Shown here in pieces: positions 52,174 to 61,958 of a stretch of DNA of 64,000 nucleotides (positions within the stretch are counted from its first letter, which is position 1; every line of letters begins with the position of its first letter). The translations under genes were made by a program, and so were the position numbers. The notes beneath the pieces are model-generated. The model saw only the letters and a list, made by a program, of their open reading frames with translations. It ran no database searches and had not been told where the DNA came from. The DNA is from an uncultured bacterium (GTDB lineage: Bacteria > Armatimonadota > Abditibacteriia > Abditibacteriales > Abditibacteriaceae): positions 186,001 to 250,000 of the forward strand of contig CAWJLW010000006.1 of the NCBI GenBank assembly GCA_963843795.1, in the 5' to 3' direction.

Positions 52174-52196
52174 ACGAATTTTGTTCACCCAATTAT

Positions 52197-52235
52197 ACGA
52201 GCTGCGACTTTCTTAAGTCGCGGCTCGTTTGTTTG
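52197..52235 (+). terminator. Intrinsic terminator
   Basis: ACGAGCTGCGACTT-TCTT-AAGTCGCGGCTCGT followed by TTGTTT. Confidence 0.7.
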
Positions 52236-52240
52236 TGACA

Positions 52241-52270
52241 AAGCGCGCTGCAAGTACTTGCAGCGCGCTT
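52241..52270. repeat. 30-bp perfect palindrome centred on the 12-mer
   Basis: AAGCGCGCT-GCAAGTACTTGC-AGCGCGCTT. Confidence 0.85.
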
Positions 52271-52302
52271 GGGTTCGCGCGAATGTGGGAAAATTAACAG
52301 CC

Positions 52303-53664
52303 ATGACCAAGCGAAACCAAGATTCTGAAAGTGCTGAAATTATCGAAAGCCCGAGCGGCCTGACTTTTCGCCATGTCGCGATTTTATTGGTGGCAGCGAT
52401 TGTTTTGTGGGCGGGCGTTTGGTGGTGGCAGTCGCAGCAAAAATTGCCCGCTGCGCAACTTCATCTCGAAGCGGGCTACGAAGCGTTGCAAGCGGGCAAA
52501 GGTTCGCTGGCCGAAAGCGAATGGATCAAAGCCGTCGAAGTCGAACCCAAAAATCTGCTCGCCTGGCAGGCGCTGGGCGATTTTTATCTCTCAACGCGCC
52601 AAATGGCCCAAGCGCAGCAGGCCTATGCTGTGGTGGCGAAGTTGGAACCGGAAACGCCCAAAATTTGGAGCCGATTGGCGCGTGCCGATGCCGCGCTGGG
52701 CGATAGTGTTGCGGCACGCCTGCACGTTGATGAAGCGTTGAAACGTGATGCCGATGATGTGAACGCGCTCAACATTTATTCCACTTTGTTGCTGCGCTCT
52801 GGCAACACGGAAAAGCGCGGCGAAGTTTTGCAGCATTTGGCGAAATTGCAGCCGGACAACGTGACGATTGTCACCAAAGCTGCCGATGATTTGATGCGCC
52901 GCCGTCGTTATGAGGAAGCCGCGCCTCTGGTCGAGCGCCTGCTGCAATTACAACCCGATTCCACCTCGGCATATGCGATGCGCGGCGCGATGGCCTTCGA
53001 GCGCAGTGTCAAGCCCGAAGCGTTGCGTGCGGCGATGAAAGATTTTCAAAAAGCGATTGAACTCAACGCGGCCAACTGGGTGGCACGCTGGTATTTGGGT
53101 CGCGCTTATTTACGCTTAAATCAAAACGCAGCGGCGCTGCGCGAATTGAAAGCCGTCGATGCGATGGGGCCAGCCGACAAAAATTACCTCAACGATTTGG
53201 CGGTCGCTTATCAGCGTACCGGCGATGCGACACAAGCGACTGCGCTACGCCGCCAGTTTGCGACCGCCGAACAAGAGCAGCACAAAATCACCGAATTGAC
53301 CAAACGCTTAGCTCTCGAACCCGACAATTTCGAAACCAATTTACAATTGGGACTGCTGCTTTTGCGCTCGAAAAATGCTGGCGACGCTTCGCCCTTGTTG
53401 AATAAAGCGCTGAGTTTGAAACCGCAAAACGCGCGGGCGCAACAAGCGGTCGGCGAACTCAATACTACCTACGAGCAAAATTTGGCAGCGGGCTTGAAAG
53501 CGTTGTCGGAGAAAAATCAGGCGCAAGCCATTAGTCATCTTTCCCGCGCTTTCGCCTTGCGCCCCGACGATGCGCGCACCGAGCAGGCGATTCAAAAATT
53601 GGCCGCGCTCGCGGGCGCGAGCTACGAACAAGCTTTGTTCGCCATCGAACGTTTAAGCCGCTGA
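52303..53664 (+). CDS. Membrane-anchored tetratricopeptide repeat protein
   Basis: N-terminal TM helix and repeated A..L.P TPR units. Confidence 0.85.
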   Translation: MTKRNQDSESAEIIESPSGLTFRHVAILLVAAIVLWAGVWWWQSQQKLPAAQLHLEAGYEALQAGKGSLAESEWIKAVEVEPKNLLAWQALGDFYLSTRQMAQAQQAYAVVAKLEPETPKIWSRLARADAALGDSVAARLHVDEALKRDADDVNALNIYSTLLLRSGNTEKRGEVLQHLAKLQPDNVTIVTKAADDLMRRRRYEEAAPLVERLLQLQPDSTSAYAMRGAMAFERSVKPEALRAAMKDFQKAIELNAANWVARWYLGRAYLRLNQNAAALRELKAVDAMGPADKNYLNDLAVAYQRTGDATQATALRRQFATAEQEQHKITELTKRLALEPDNFETNLQLGLLLLRSKNAGDASPLLNKALSLKPQNARAQQAVGELNTTYEQNLAAGLKALSEKNQAQAISHLSRAFALRPDDARTEQAIQKLAALAGASYEQALFAIERLSR

Positions 53665-53725
53665 TTTTCGCGTTTCGCCTCGTGGCAAGTACTTGCAATT
53701 CCCAATTTCACTCAAACTGCTCGCT

Positions 53726-55480
53726 ATGATCGCATTGTCGCAACCTAAAATTTGTCGCTTGCTGTGCTGGTTTGCGCTTGCACTCAGCGGTTGCACGTCG
53801 AAAAATTCAGTGCCTGTTACAGATTCGCAAAACACAGTTGCACCGGTAGCTGCGAGCCAGAAAACAACGTTATTTCAAGATGTGGCAACGCGCGCCGGCT
53901 TAAATTGGAAGCACAATTTGGGCGATAGCGGCGAGTTTTATTTCATCGAAAGTACGCCCTCTGGGTGTGCGTTTCTCGACTTCGATAACGATGGCTGGCA
54001 GGATATTTTTCTGGTGCAATCGGGCGCGCCTGTGCCAAAAGATAAAAATTATCGACGCCCCTTTTGCGCACTTTATCGCAATAATGGAAACGGCACTTTC
54101 GTCGATGTGACGCGCGCTGCGGGGTTGGAGAAAGATTTCGGCTACGCTCAGGGCGTCACGGTTGGCGATTATGACAACGACGGCTTCGACGATTTATTCG
54201 TCACGGCGTATGGCGGCAACGCTCTGCTGCACAACGAAGGTGGCAAAGCGTTTCGCGATGTCACGCAGGCAATGAAAATGCCCACCAAATACGGCACCGG
54301 TTACGCCACGAGCGCGGCATTTGGCGATTACGATAACGATGGTAAGCTCGATTTGTACGTTTGTCATTACGCGCAATGGACGCCCGCAACCAACAAAAAA
54401 TGTCGCGCGCGCGATGGCGGCATCGATTATTGTTCGCCCTTGATTTACCAGCCCGAAAGCGACCGTTTGTATCGCAACGAAGGCACGCGCTTTCGTGATG
54501 TGAGCGAAGAAAGCGGCATCGCCAAAGCGCGCGGTCGCGGCCTTGCAGTCGCGTTTGTCGATTACAATTCCGATGGCAAGCAGGATATTTTCGTGGCCAA
54601 CGATTTAACGCCCAACCTGTTGTGGCGCAATGATGGCAAAGGTCATTTCACTGATGTCGCAGTCGAAACCGGCTGCGCTTATGGCGATCAGAGTCAGGCG
54701 ATGGCGGGCATGGGCGTTGCCGTTGCCGATTACAATCGCAGCGGTCGTCCGAGTTTGTATGTCTCGAATTTTTCCAGCCGTCCGAACGTGCTGTTCAAAA
54801 ATGAGGGCACTTATTTTCAAGAGGAAAGCACAGCAGCGAACTTAATCGAATCGCATCTCGACTTGCTTTCCTTTGGCTGCGAATTTCTCGATTACGACGC
54901 CGATGGCTGGCCCGACATCGTGGCCAACAATGGCCATGTTCAGCAGCGCAAAGCGCAGCGCGAACCCGGCATCGAGCTTCAACAACGCAAACAACTGCTA
55001 CGCAATCTGGGTGATGGCACTTTCGCCGATATTGCTTTAAGTGAACTGGGCGACTTGAAAACGCCGCGCGTGGGACGCGGTTTGGCAGTCGGCGATTACG
55101 ATAACGATGGCCGCGTCGATATTTTGGCGATGAATCAAAACGCCGCACCGCAATTGTTTCGCAACGAATCACTGCGCGACAATCACTGGGTTTCGTTCGC
55201 CACACGCGGCACTAAAAGCAATCGCGACGGCTTGCACACGCGACTGGAAATTAAAGCCGGTGGCGCGCGCCAAACATCCAGTGTGCGCGCCGGTTCAAGC
55301 TATTTGTCTTCGAGCGATCATCGGGTGTATTTCGGTTTAAAAGACGCGACCGAAATCGACGAATTAAAAATAATCTGGCCCAGCGGCACGCGCGAAACCT
55401 TGAAAAATCTGAAAGCCGACCAATTTTACACGCTTACCGAAGGCAAAGGTGTAACGGCGAAAAAATCAGCTGCAAAATAA
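53726..55480 (+). CDS. CRTAC1/ASPIC-UnbV family FG-GAP lipoprotein
   Basis: Lipobox LSGC, repeated DYDNDG..D motifs, C-terminal SYLS..FGL..WPSG. Confidence 0.9.
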   Translation: MIALSQPKICRLLCWFALALSGCTSKNSVPVTDSQNTVAPVAASQKTTLFQDVATRAGLNWKHNLGDSGEFYFIESTPSGCAFLDFDNDGWQDIFLVQSGAPVPKDKNYRRPFCALYRNNGNGTFVDVTRAAGLEKDFGYAQGVTVGDYDNDGFDDLFVTAYGGNALLHNEGGKAFRDVTQAMKMPTKYGTGYATSAAFGDYDNDGKLDLYVCHYAQWTPATNKKCRARDGGIDYCSPLIYQPESDRLYRNEGTRFRDVSEESGIAKARGRGLAVAFVDYNSDGKQDIFVANDLTPNLLWRNDGKGHFTDVAVETGCAYGDQSQAMAGMGVAVADYNRSGRPSLYVSNFSSRPNVLFKNEGTYFQEESTAANLIESHLDLLSFGCEFLDYDADGWPDIVANNGHVQQRKAQREPGIELQQRKQLLRNLGDGTFADIALSELGDLKTPRVGRGLAVGDYDNDGRVDILAMNQNAAPQLFRNESLRDNHWVSFATRGTKSNRDGLHTRLEIKAGGARQTSSVRAGSSYLSSSDHRVYFGLKDATEIDELKIIWPSGTRETLKNLKADQFYTLTEGKGVTAKKSAAK

Positions 55481-55486
55481 GCAAAG

Positions 55487-55522
55487 CAAAAGCGCCCCGC
55501 AAGTACTTGCGGGGCGCTTTTG
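55487..55522. terminator. 36-bp perfect palindrome (bidirectional terminator-like) centred on the 12-mer
   Basis: CAAAAGCGCCCC-GCAAGTACTTGC-GGGGCGCTTTTG between convergent genes. Confidence 0.8.
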
Positions 55523-55556
55523 TGTGTCTAATGTGCAACGTTAGCGGCTCGAATAT

Positions 55557-58422
55557 CTACGCGCCACCCGCCGCGCTCGCGTTACCTGCGGCATCGTTAC
55601 GCGCGGCGTAAGTTCCAGCGATCACCAGCGTGCCCATGCCGGGCTGCAAGTACTTGCGAGCGGCTTCATTGACCTGCGCGGGTGTGATGGCTTTGTAGTA
55701 ACTGTTGCGTTTCTGAATGTAATCGTTGCCCAAACCATACACTTCGGCGGCCAGTAATTGATTGGCCACACCCGCGTTAGTCGAAAGCGTAATCGCATAC
55801 GAACCGGTCAGGTAATCAATGACATCTTGCACTTCTTTACTTGTGAAACCTTTATCGCGCGCCAGAGAAATTTGGCTTTGCATTTCGGCGATAGCTTTAT
55901 CGACGTTGGCCGGATTACTGCCAAATTGCACCTTGAACGGGCCAGCACCCAGACTGGCATCGGTGCCCGCGTAAATGCCGTAAACCAAGCCCAAACGGTC
56001 GCGTACATTGACCGCGAGACGCGACGTGAGGCCACCACCGCCCAAAATGGTGTTCAGCACAATCACGCGATAAAAATCGGGATCGCTGCGTTTGAGATGT
56101 CCGGCGTAGCCATACAAAACATCGGCCTGAGTTTTATCGGGCACCATAATAACCGAAGTTTTGGTCGTTGCGGTGGCGATATTGGTATCGGGAATATCGA
56201 GCTTGGGCAGATTGCCCTGCTTTTTCCAGTCGCCAAAGCGCTGCTTGATTTCATCTGCGGCTTTGGCGCTGTTCACGTCGCCGACAATTGTCAAAATCAA
56301 GCGTTCCGGGCCGTAATGCGCCTGATAAAAATTCATCAAATCGTCGCGCGTGAAAGATTTGATGGCCGCGATACGTTCATCGAGAGTCGCTTCGTGATAC
56401 GGATGTCCGACCGGATAAATCGCATTCGCGAAGGCAATTTGGGCCAGCGTTCCGGTATCCTGACGCGCATCTTCCAGACCGGCTAAAGCGCGGGCGCGCG
56501 CCTTGTCAAGTTCGGCCTGTGGAAAGGCCGGATTGCGCAACTGGTCGGCGAGAATATCGAGCATGGTGCCGAAATCGCCGGTCAGCGAACGACCGCCCAA
56601 CGACACGTATTCGTCGCCAGCACCAATATTCGCGCTGGCGCCGACATCTTCCAGAGTGCGCGCGATGTCCAATAGCGAACGTGTTGTCGTGCCGCGCGAC
56701 AGCAAGTCGGCGGTGAATGCGGCCAGGCCGGGTTTATTCTGCGGATCGAAAACACTGCCCGCCGAAAGCAGCGCGCCGCTGAGAGAAACCGCTGGTGTGG
56801 CGTGGTTTTCCTGCACAATGACCGTGATTCCGTTGTCGAAAACCAAACGTTTGGGTTCGACTTTCAGCGCGGGTTTGGCTTGCGCATTAGCCTTAATTTG
56901 AATTGCCGTGTTCGCAGACTTTTGCGGCGTGTTCGGCGTCAGGCGCGGCTCGGTTTTGGCATCGGCCACAGTTTCAATAACTGGCTTGGCTGCGAGCTTT
57001 GCGGATGGAATATTTTGCGTGGTGGTCTTTGTTTTCTCCGCGACAATCGGCTCGAAATAACCAACGGTACGATTGTTTTCGACGAGATACTTGTTGGCGA
57101 CGCGCTGGACATCGGCGGGTGTGACTTTGCGCAGATTTTCCAGATAGGTTTCGCCATAACGCCAATCGCCACGCATCGCGTTGCCGCCCAGTTCGCTGCC
57201 CTGCGACTGGACTGAATCCTGACCGAACACATACTGCGCTTCGGCCTGTTTGAGGGTGCGCTTGAGTTCGGCAGCGCTGATCGGCTCGGTTTTCACACGC
57301 TCGATTTCGGCCAACAAGGCTTTTTCTAATTCGGCATTTGTGTGGCCGGGTTGCGCAGCAGCGTCGAGATAAAACAAATCGGGATCGCGTAAACCGTAAT
57401 CGTAGGCATTGGCGTCTGAGGCCAAGCCGCTTTGCACCAATTTTTCAAAGAAGCGCGCGGTGCGTCCACCGGATAAAACGTTTTCCAAAACGTCCAGAGC
57501 ATAACGGTCGGGATCGCCAAAACCGGGAATGTGATAGACGATTTGTATTTGCGGCGTCGTGCCTGCGCGACGCACGATCACGCGGCGTTCGCCCTGCTGC
57601 ACCGGTTCGGGCGTGATGAAATGGCGCTGAATCGGGCGTTTCGGGAATCGCACCGAAATACTTTTCCAGCATCTTCATCGCATCGGCGGTGGCGAAATCG
57701 CCGACCATAACCACAGTCGAATTTTCGGGCGCGTAATAATTGCGATAGTAATTGTACATTTCATCGCGCGAAATGTTTTCGATGTCGGAACGAAAACCAA
57801 TCGGTGTCCAACGATAAGGATGAACTTGAAATGCCGCCAAGCGCACCGCTTTACTCAGCGCGGTGCCCGGATTATTTTCGCCACCTTCATATTCCGAGCG
57901 TACAACCGTCATTTCTTTCTGGTGCTCTTTTTCGTCGAAAAGCGAATTCACCATGCGGTCGGCTTCCAACTGCATTGCTTTTTCCAAGCGGTCTGAGGCG
58001 ATGGTTTCAAAATAATTGGTGCGGTCGAATGAAGTCGTCGCATTGAACTGGGCGCCATTCTGCTGCAAATAAGCGCTGATTTCGCCCGGTTTGCGCGTCT
58101 TGGTGCCCTTGAACATCATGTGCTCGAGCAAATGGCTCATGCCAGATTGTCCTACTTGTTCGTTAACTGAACCAACGTTATACCAAACCGAAAAATACAC
58201 AACCGGAGCGCCACGCACTTCTTTGGTCAGCACTTTGACGCCATTGGATAAAACCGATTCGCGAATGCCATTAAGCATCATCGGTAGCGGTGACGTTTTT
58301 AAAGTGGATGTAGGAACTGCGGGCGCGGCGTGAACCGGAAATTGTGCCCACAAAGGTGCGATGAGTAATAGGGGAAGCGATAACAAACGTGACTTTTTGG
58401 AAGACCTTTTCATCGTGTTCAT
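55557..58422 (-). CDS. M16 family (insulinase/pitrilysin) zinc peptidase, frameshift at about 57643
   Basis: HLLEHMMFKGT, NATTSFDRTNY, second half SRL..VR..LGLVY; a single extra base joins the two ORFs. Confidence 0.9.
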
Positions 58423-58677
58423 TCAAATAAACCTCTCTTAATCGCATGGACATTTTTTCATGTTCAGTCGTTCCCCAACAATAAATTCTATTGTTGCCAA
58501 CGAGTTTCAATTGTGGCGGCTGGCGTTGATAACTGTTTTTTATGGCCTTGAAGAGTGATGCAAGTACTTGCAGCGCGGAATATTAGCAGGCGCGCGGTTG
58601 CAGACTTCGCGAAATCGCACTCAATGCGCGAGTGCTAAAGCGCTACACTATCTCATTATCAATATAGTAGAGGAATT

Positions 58678-60768
58678 ATGGCCAAGAACCCGTCAAGAAA
58701 AAATCATTTGAAAAAAATCGCGCGCCGCGTTTCCGAGGGCAAGCTCGTCGTCGATCCTAAAACTGCTCAAGTCAAGCCAGCACGCAAGCCGCGTGCGGCT
58801 AAAATTACCAATCCGGGCGACTTTGCCAAGCGCGCGCCCGAAACCAAAAAGCCGGTCAACAAGCGCGCCGCCAAAGCGCGTGGCGAAAAGCCACTGCCGC
58901 CCGCTTTCGAACGCTTTCTCGATAAGCAGGCCGCGCAAAATGGCGAAACTTCGTTTCCCGCCACGCCCGCTGCACCCGACACCAAAAAAGCCAAAACTAA
59001 AAACAAGGTTGCTCCTGAAAGGGAATTTGCTGAAGCTGATTCGTACGAAGTTGAATCGCCTGTTGTTGAAACACGAGTGACGGAAGCGCGCGCAAAATCA
59101 CCGAAAAAATTTGCGCCGGTCGAAAACGCTCCGCTCGCACCTGCGAACTCCGCCAGCGTAAGCGCCGAGGATGACGAAGAATTGCCTGGATTTTCGGAAC
59201 TCGGTTTGAGCGAATCGACCGAGAAAGCGCTGCGCGAAATGGGATTTGAAACGCCGACACCGATTCAGGCGCGCGCGATTCCGTTTCTATTGCAAGGCCG
59301 CGATTTAATTGGCCAAGCGCAAACCGGTACTGGCAAAACTGCCGCGTTCGCGCTTCCGTTAATCGAAAAAATGGAGCTTTCCAGTTTGAAAACGCAGGCT
59401 TTGGTTTTGGCTCCCACGCGCGAATTGGCGGTACAAGTCGCTGGTGGAATTTACGACTTGGCCAAAGGCAGCGGTTTGAAAGTGGTGCCGGTTTACGGTG
59501 GTCAGCCTATCGACCGTCAGTTGCGCGCACTGCGCAGCGGCGCTCATATCGTGGTCGGCACGCCGGGCCGCGTGCAAGACCATCTGCGGCGCGGTTCGCT
59601 GTCGTTGCAAAACATCAGCGTTTGCGTTTTGGATGAAGCCGACGAAATGCTCGCATTGGGTTTTTTGGAAGAAATTGAAACCATTCTTAAAGATTTGCCC
59701 GAAGAACGCCAATTGGCATTCTTCTCGGCGACGATGCCGCCGAAAATCACGACCCTGATGAAAACCTTTTTGCGCAACCCGGAAACCGTTTCCATCGGCG
59801 GTAAAAAGCGCACATTGGAAGCGACCAATCAGGCGTATTACGAAGTGGCGCGTGGTCAGAAATTACAAGCCTTGGCACGCATTCTGGATATGGAAACGCC
59901 CGGTTCGACAATTGTGTTTTGTCGCACGCGCCAGGAAACCAACGATTTGGCCGAAGCGCTGCGCTTGCGCGGTCATAATGCGGAAAGTTTGCACGGCGAT
60001 ATGAATCAATCCGAGCGCGAACGCGTTTTGAAAAAGTTCCGCGATGAACATTGCGATTTGCTGGTCGCGACCGATGTGGCCGCGCGCGGTTTGGACATCG
60101 ACAGCGTAACGCACGTTATCAACTACGATATTCCGTGGGATGTGGAACAGTATATTCATCGCATCGGGCGCACCGGCCGCGCCGGTCGCAGCGGCGATGC
60201 GATTACTCTTGTGCAAGGTCGCGAACTGCGGCAGTTAAAGCAGATCGAAAAAATGATCGGCGCAAAAATTAAATCTGTGCGCTTACCTTCGCCCGCCGAC
60301 ATTGCCGCGCGCCGTCGCGAAAATTTCAAGCAGGCGCTGCGCGATATGTTGGACGAAGGCGAATATGACGCTCATCTCGCGACGGTGGGCGAATTGTCCG
60401 AAGATCACGATTTAAGCGAAATCGCTGCGGCAGCTTTGCAAATGTTGTGGAAAAGCCAGCACAGCGATAGCGCCAAGCTCGCGCAGGAAATGCAGGCCGA
60501 TGGCGAGCAACCAGAGCAGGGCATGACGCGCATTTTCGTCAGTTTGGGGCGCGGCGATAATTTGCGTCCGGGTGATTTGGTCGGTGTGATCGCCAACAAA
60601 ACTGGCTTGTCGGGACGCGATATTGGTACGATTGATATTTTAGATCGCTCGTCGTTTGTCGAAGTACCCAGCGCCAGCGCCGAAGACGCCATTCAAGCGC
60701 TGCGCAGTGCACGGCTGAAAGGTAAAAAAGTTGATGCGCAAATCGCGCGACCCCGCGATGTGCGCTGA
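58678..60768 (+). CDS. deaD: DEAD-box RNA helicase DeaD/CsdA-like with DbpA-type RNA-binding domain
   Basis: PTPIQ, AQTGTGKT, PTRELA, DEAD, SAT, HRIGRTGRAG, C-terminal RPGDLVG..IGTIDI. Confidence 0.88.
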   Translation: MAKNPSRKNHLKKIARRVSEGKLVVDPKTAQVKPARKPRAAKITNPGDFAKRAPETKKPVNKRAAKARGEKPLPPAFERFLDKQAAQNGETSFPATPAAPDTKKAKTKNKVAPEREFAEADSYEVESPVVETRVTEARAKSPKKFAPVENAPLAPANSASVSAEDDEELPGFSELGLSESTEKALREMGFETPTPIQARAIPFLLQGRDLIGQAQTGTGKTAAFALPLIEKMELSSLKTQALVLAPTRELAVQVAGGIYDLAKGSGLKVVPVYGGQPIDRQLRALRSGAHIVVGTPGRVQDHLRRGSLSLQNISVCVLDEADEMLALGFLEEIETILKDLPEERQLAFFSATMPPKITTLMKTFLRNPETVSIGGKKRTLEATNQAYYEVARGQKLQALARILDMETPGSTIVFCRTRQETNDLAEALRLRGHNAESLHGDMNQSERERVLKKFRDEHCDLLVATDVAARGLDIDSVTHVINYDIPWDVEQYIHRIGRTGRAGRSGDAITLVQGRELRQLKQIEKMIGAKIKSVRLPSPADIAARRRENFKQALRDMLDEGEYDAHLATVGELSEDHDLSEIAAAALQMLWKSQHSDSAKLAQEMQADGEQPEQGMTRIFVSLGRGDNLRPGDLVGVIANKTGLSGRDIGTIDILDRSSFVEVPSASAEDAIQALRSARLKGKKVDAQIARPRDVR

Positions 60769-60803
60769 GTGAAAACAAGCTGATTTGAAAAATCAGGTTG
60801 AAA

Positions 60804-60852
60804 CCAAAACGCCCCGCAAGTACTTGCAGCAAGTACTTGCGGGGCGTTTTGG
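60804..60852. terminator. 49-bp palindrome with two tandem 12-mers, between convergent genes
   Basis: CCAAAACGCCCC-GCAAGTACTTGC-A-GCAAGTACTTGC-GGGGCGTTTTGG. Confidence 0.8.
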
Positions 60853-60876
60853 ACTGGTTTTATCGCAACGCTTGGC

Positions 60877-61677
60877 TTAGCCGTTGGATTTCACGGTTTG
60901 GCTCGCAACGTCCACTTTATCCAGACCGATGCTTTTGACATGACCATCAGCGTACAAAAAGCAAGTGGTTTGCAGATGGCGCTCGACGTAAGCGCCTGAA
61001 GCGGCAGTGGGCGGATTGACACCAGCGAAACGATAGCCGTTGCCATCATCAGGACCGATACCCGACACGCCGTTCAAATCGACACGAGGCGCTCCGTTGC
61101 TATCGGATACCCAGATGGTGGTGGTCGGGTCTTGCAGTGAAGACAATTTCATGCCTTTTGCGCTACCCGCGAGAACCGGCGCGCCGGGGCCTTTCAGGCC
61201 GATAGCGCCAGCATCAGTACGATTGTAAGCGTTCATCGCATAGCTGCCGCCGCCATTGGCCGCGAAGCCGACCGGTTTTGTTACATCCCAACCGGCAGCC
61301 GCCGCCGGAATGTATTCGGCACCTTCAAAATCGGCGCTGGGGCACTCGAAAATCTGCGTGCTTTTGGCGTATGGCTGAAGTAAACCCATCCAGACCGCGC
61401 TGCCACCAGCACCAGCCGTGCAAGCATCGCCGGTCGCGCTGTTGTTCATACACGCGGCGGGTACGCGCTCGCTGAAATCCTGCGCGTATTGCATGAGGCC
61501 CAGACCCATTTGTTTCAGGTTGCTCTGGCAAGAAGCACGGCGCGCGTTTTCGCGAGCGCGGCCAAAAACCGGAAACAAAATCGCGGCCAGGATTGCGATG
61601 ATTGCTATCACGACTAACAGCTCGATGAGAGTGAAGCCGGAGCGGCGTGTAGAACTACGTTGTAAATACAATTTCAT
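60877..61677 (-). CDS. DUF1559 prepilin-type protein with H-X9-DG C-terminus
   Basis: [54 protein letters not shown]. Confidence 0.93.
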   Translation of the reverse strand: MKLYLQRSSTRRSGFTLIELLVVIAIIAILAAILFPVFGRARENARRASCQSNLKQMGLGLMQYAQDFSERVPAACMNNSATGDACTAGAGGSAVWMGLLQPYAKSTQIFECPSADFEGAEYIPAAAAGWDVTKPVGFAANGGGSYAMNAYNRTDAGAIGLKGPGAPVLAGSAKGMKLSSLQDPTTTIWVSDSNGAPRVDLNGVSGIGPDDGNGYRFAGVNPPTAASGAYVERHLQTTCFLYADGHVKSIGLDKVDVASQTVKSNG

Positions 61678-61958
61678 GGTGTTGCCTCCAAATTGGCGGA
61701 ACCTGCAAATGATTTCATAGACCAAACCTTTAAAAAGTCATTCAAATAGTAGAATTTAATTTATTAGCAGGTGCACATTTTTGTTCCGAATGAGTCGTAG
61801 CGGTCACTATTGCTACTCTTCAACTATAACACTTATCAGTTCGTCTCCACAACACTGACTGCAAGTACTTGCAGGATGTTTCATAGCCCTCGCACACTCG
61901 AAATAGCCATAGAAAATTGAATATTCAAAACCATCGCACAACTTCGGTTGTGAAATTT

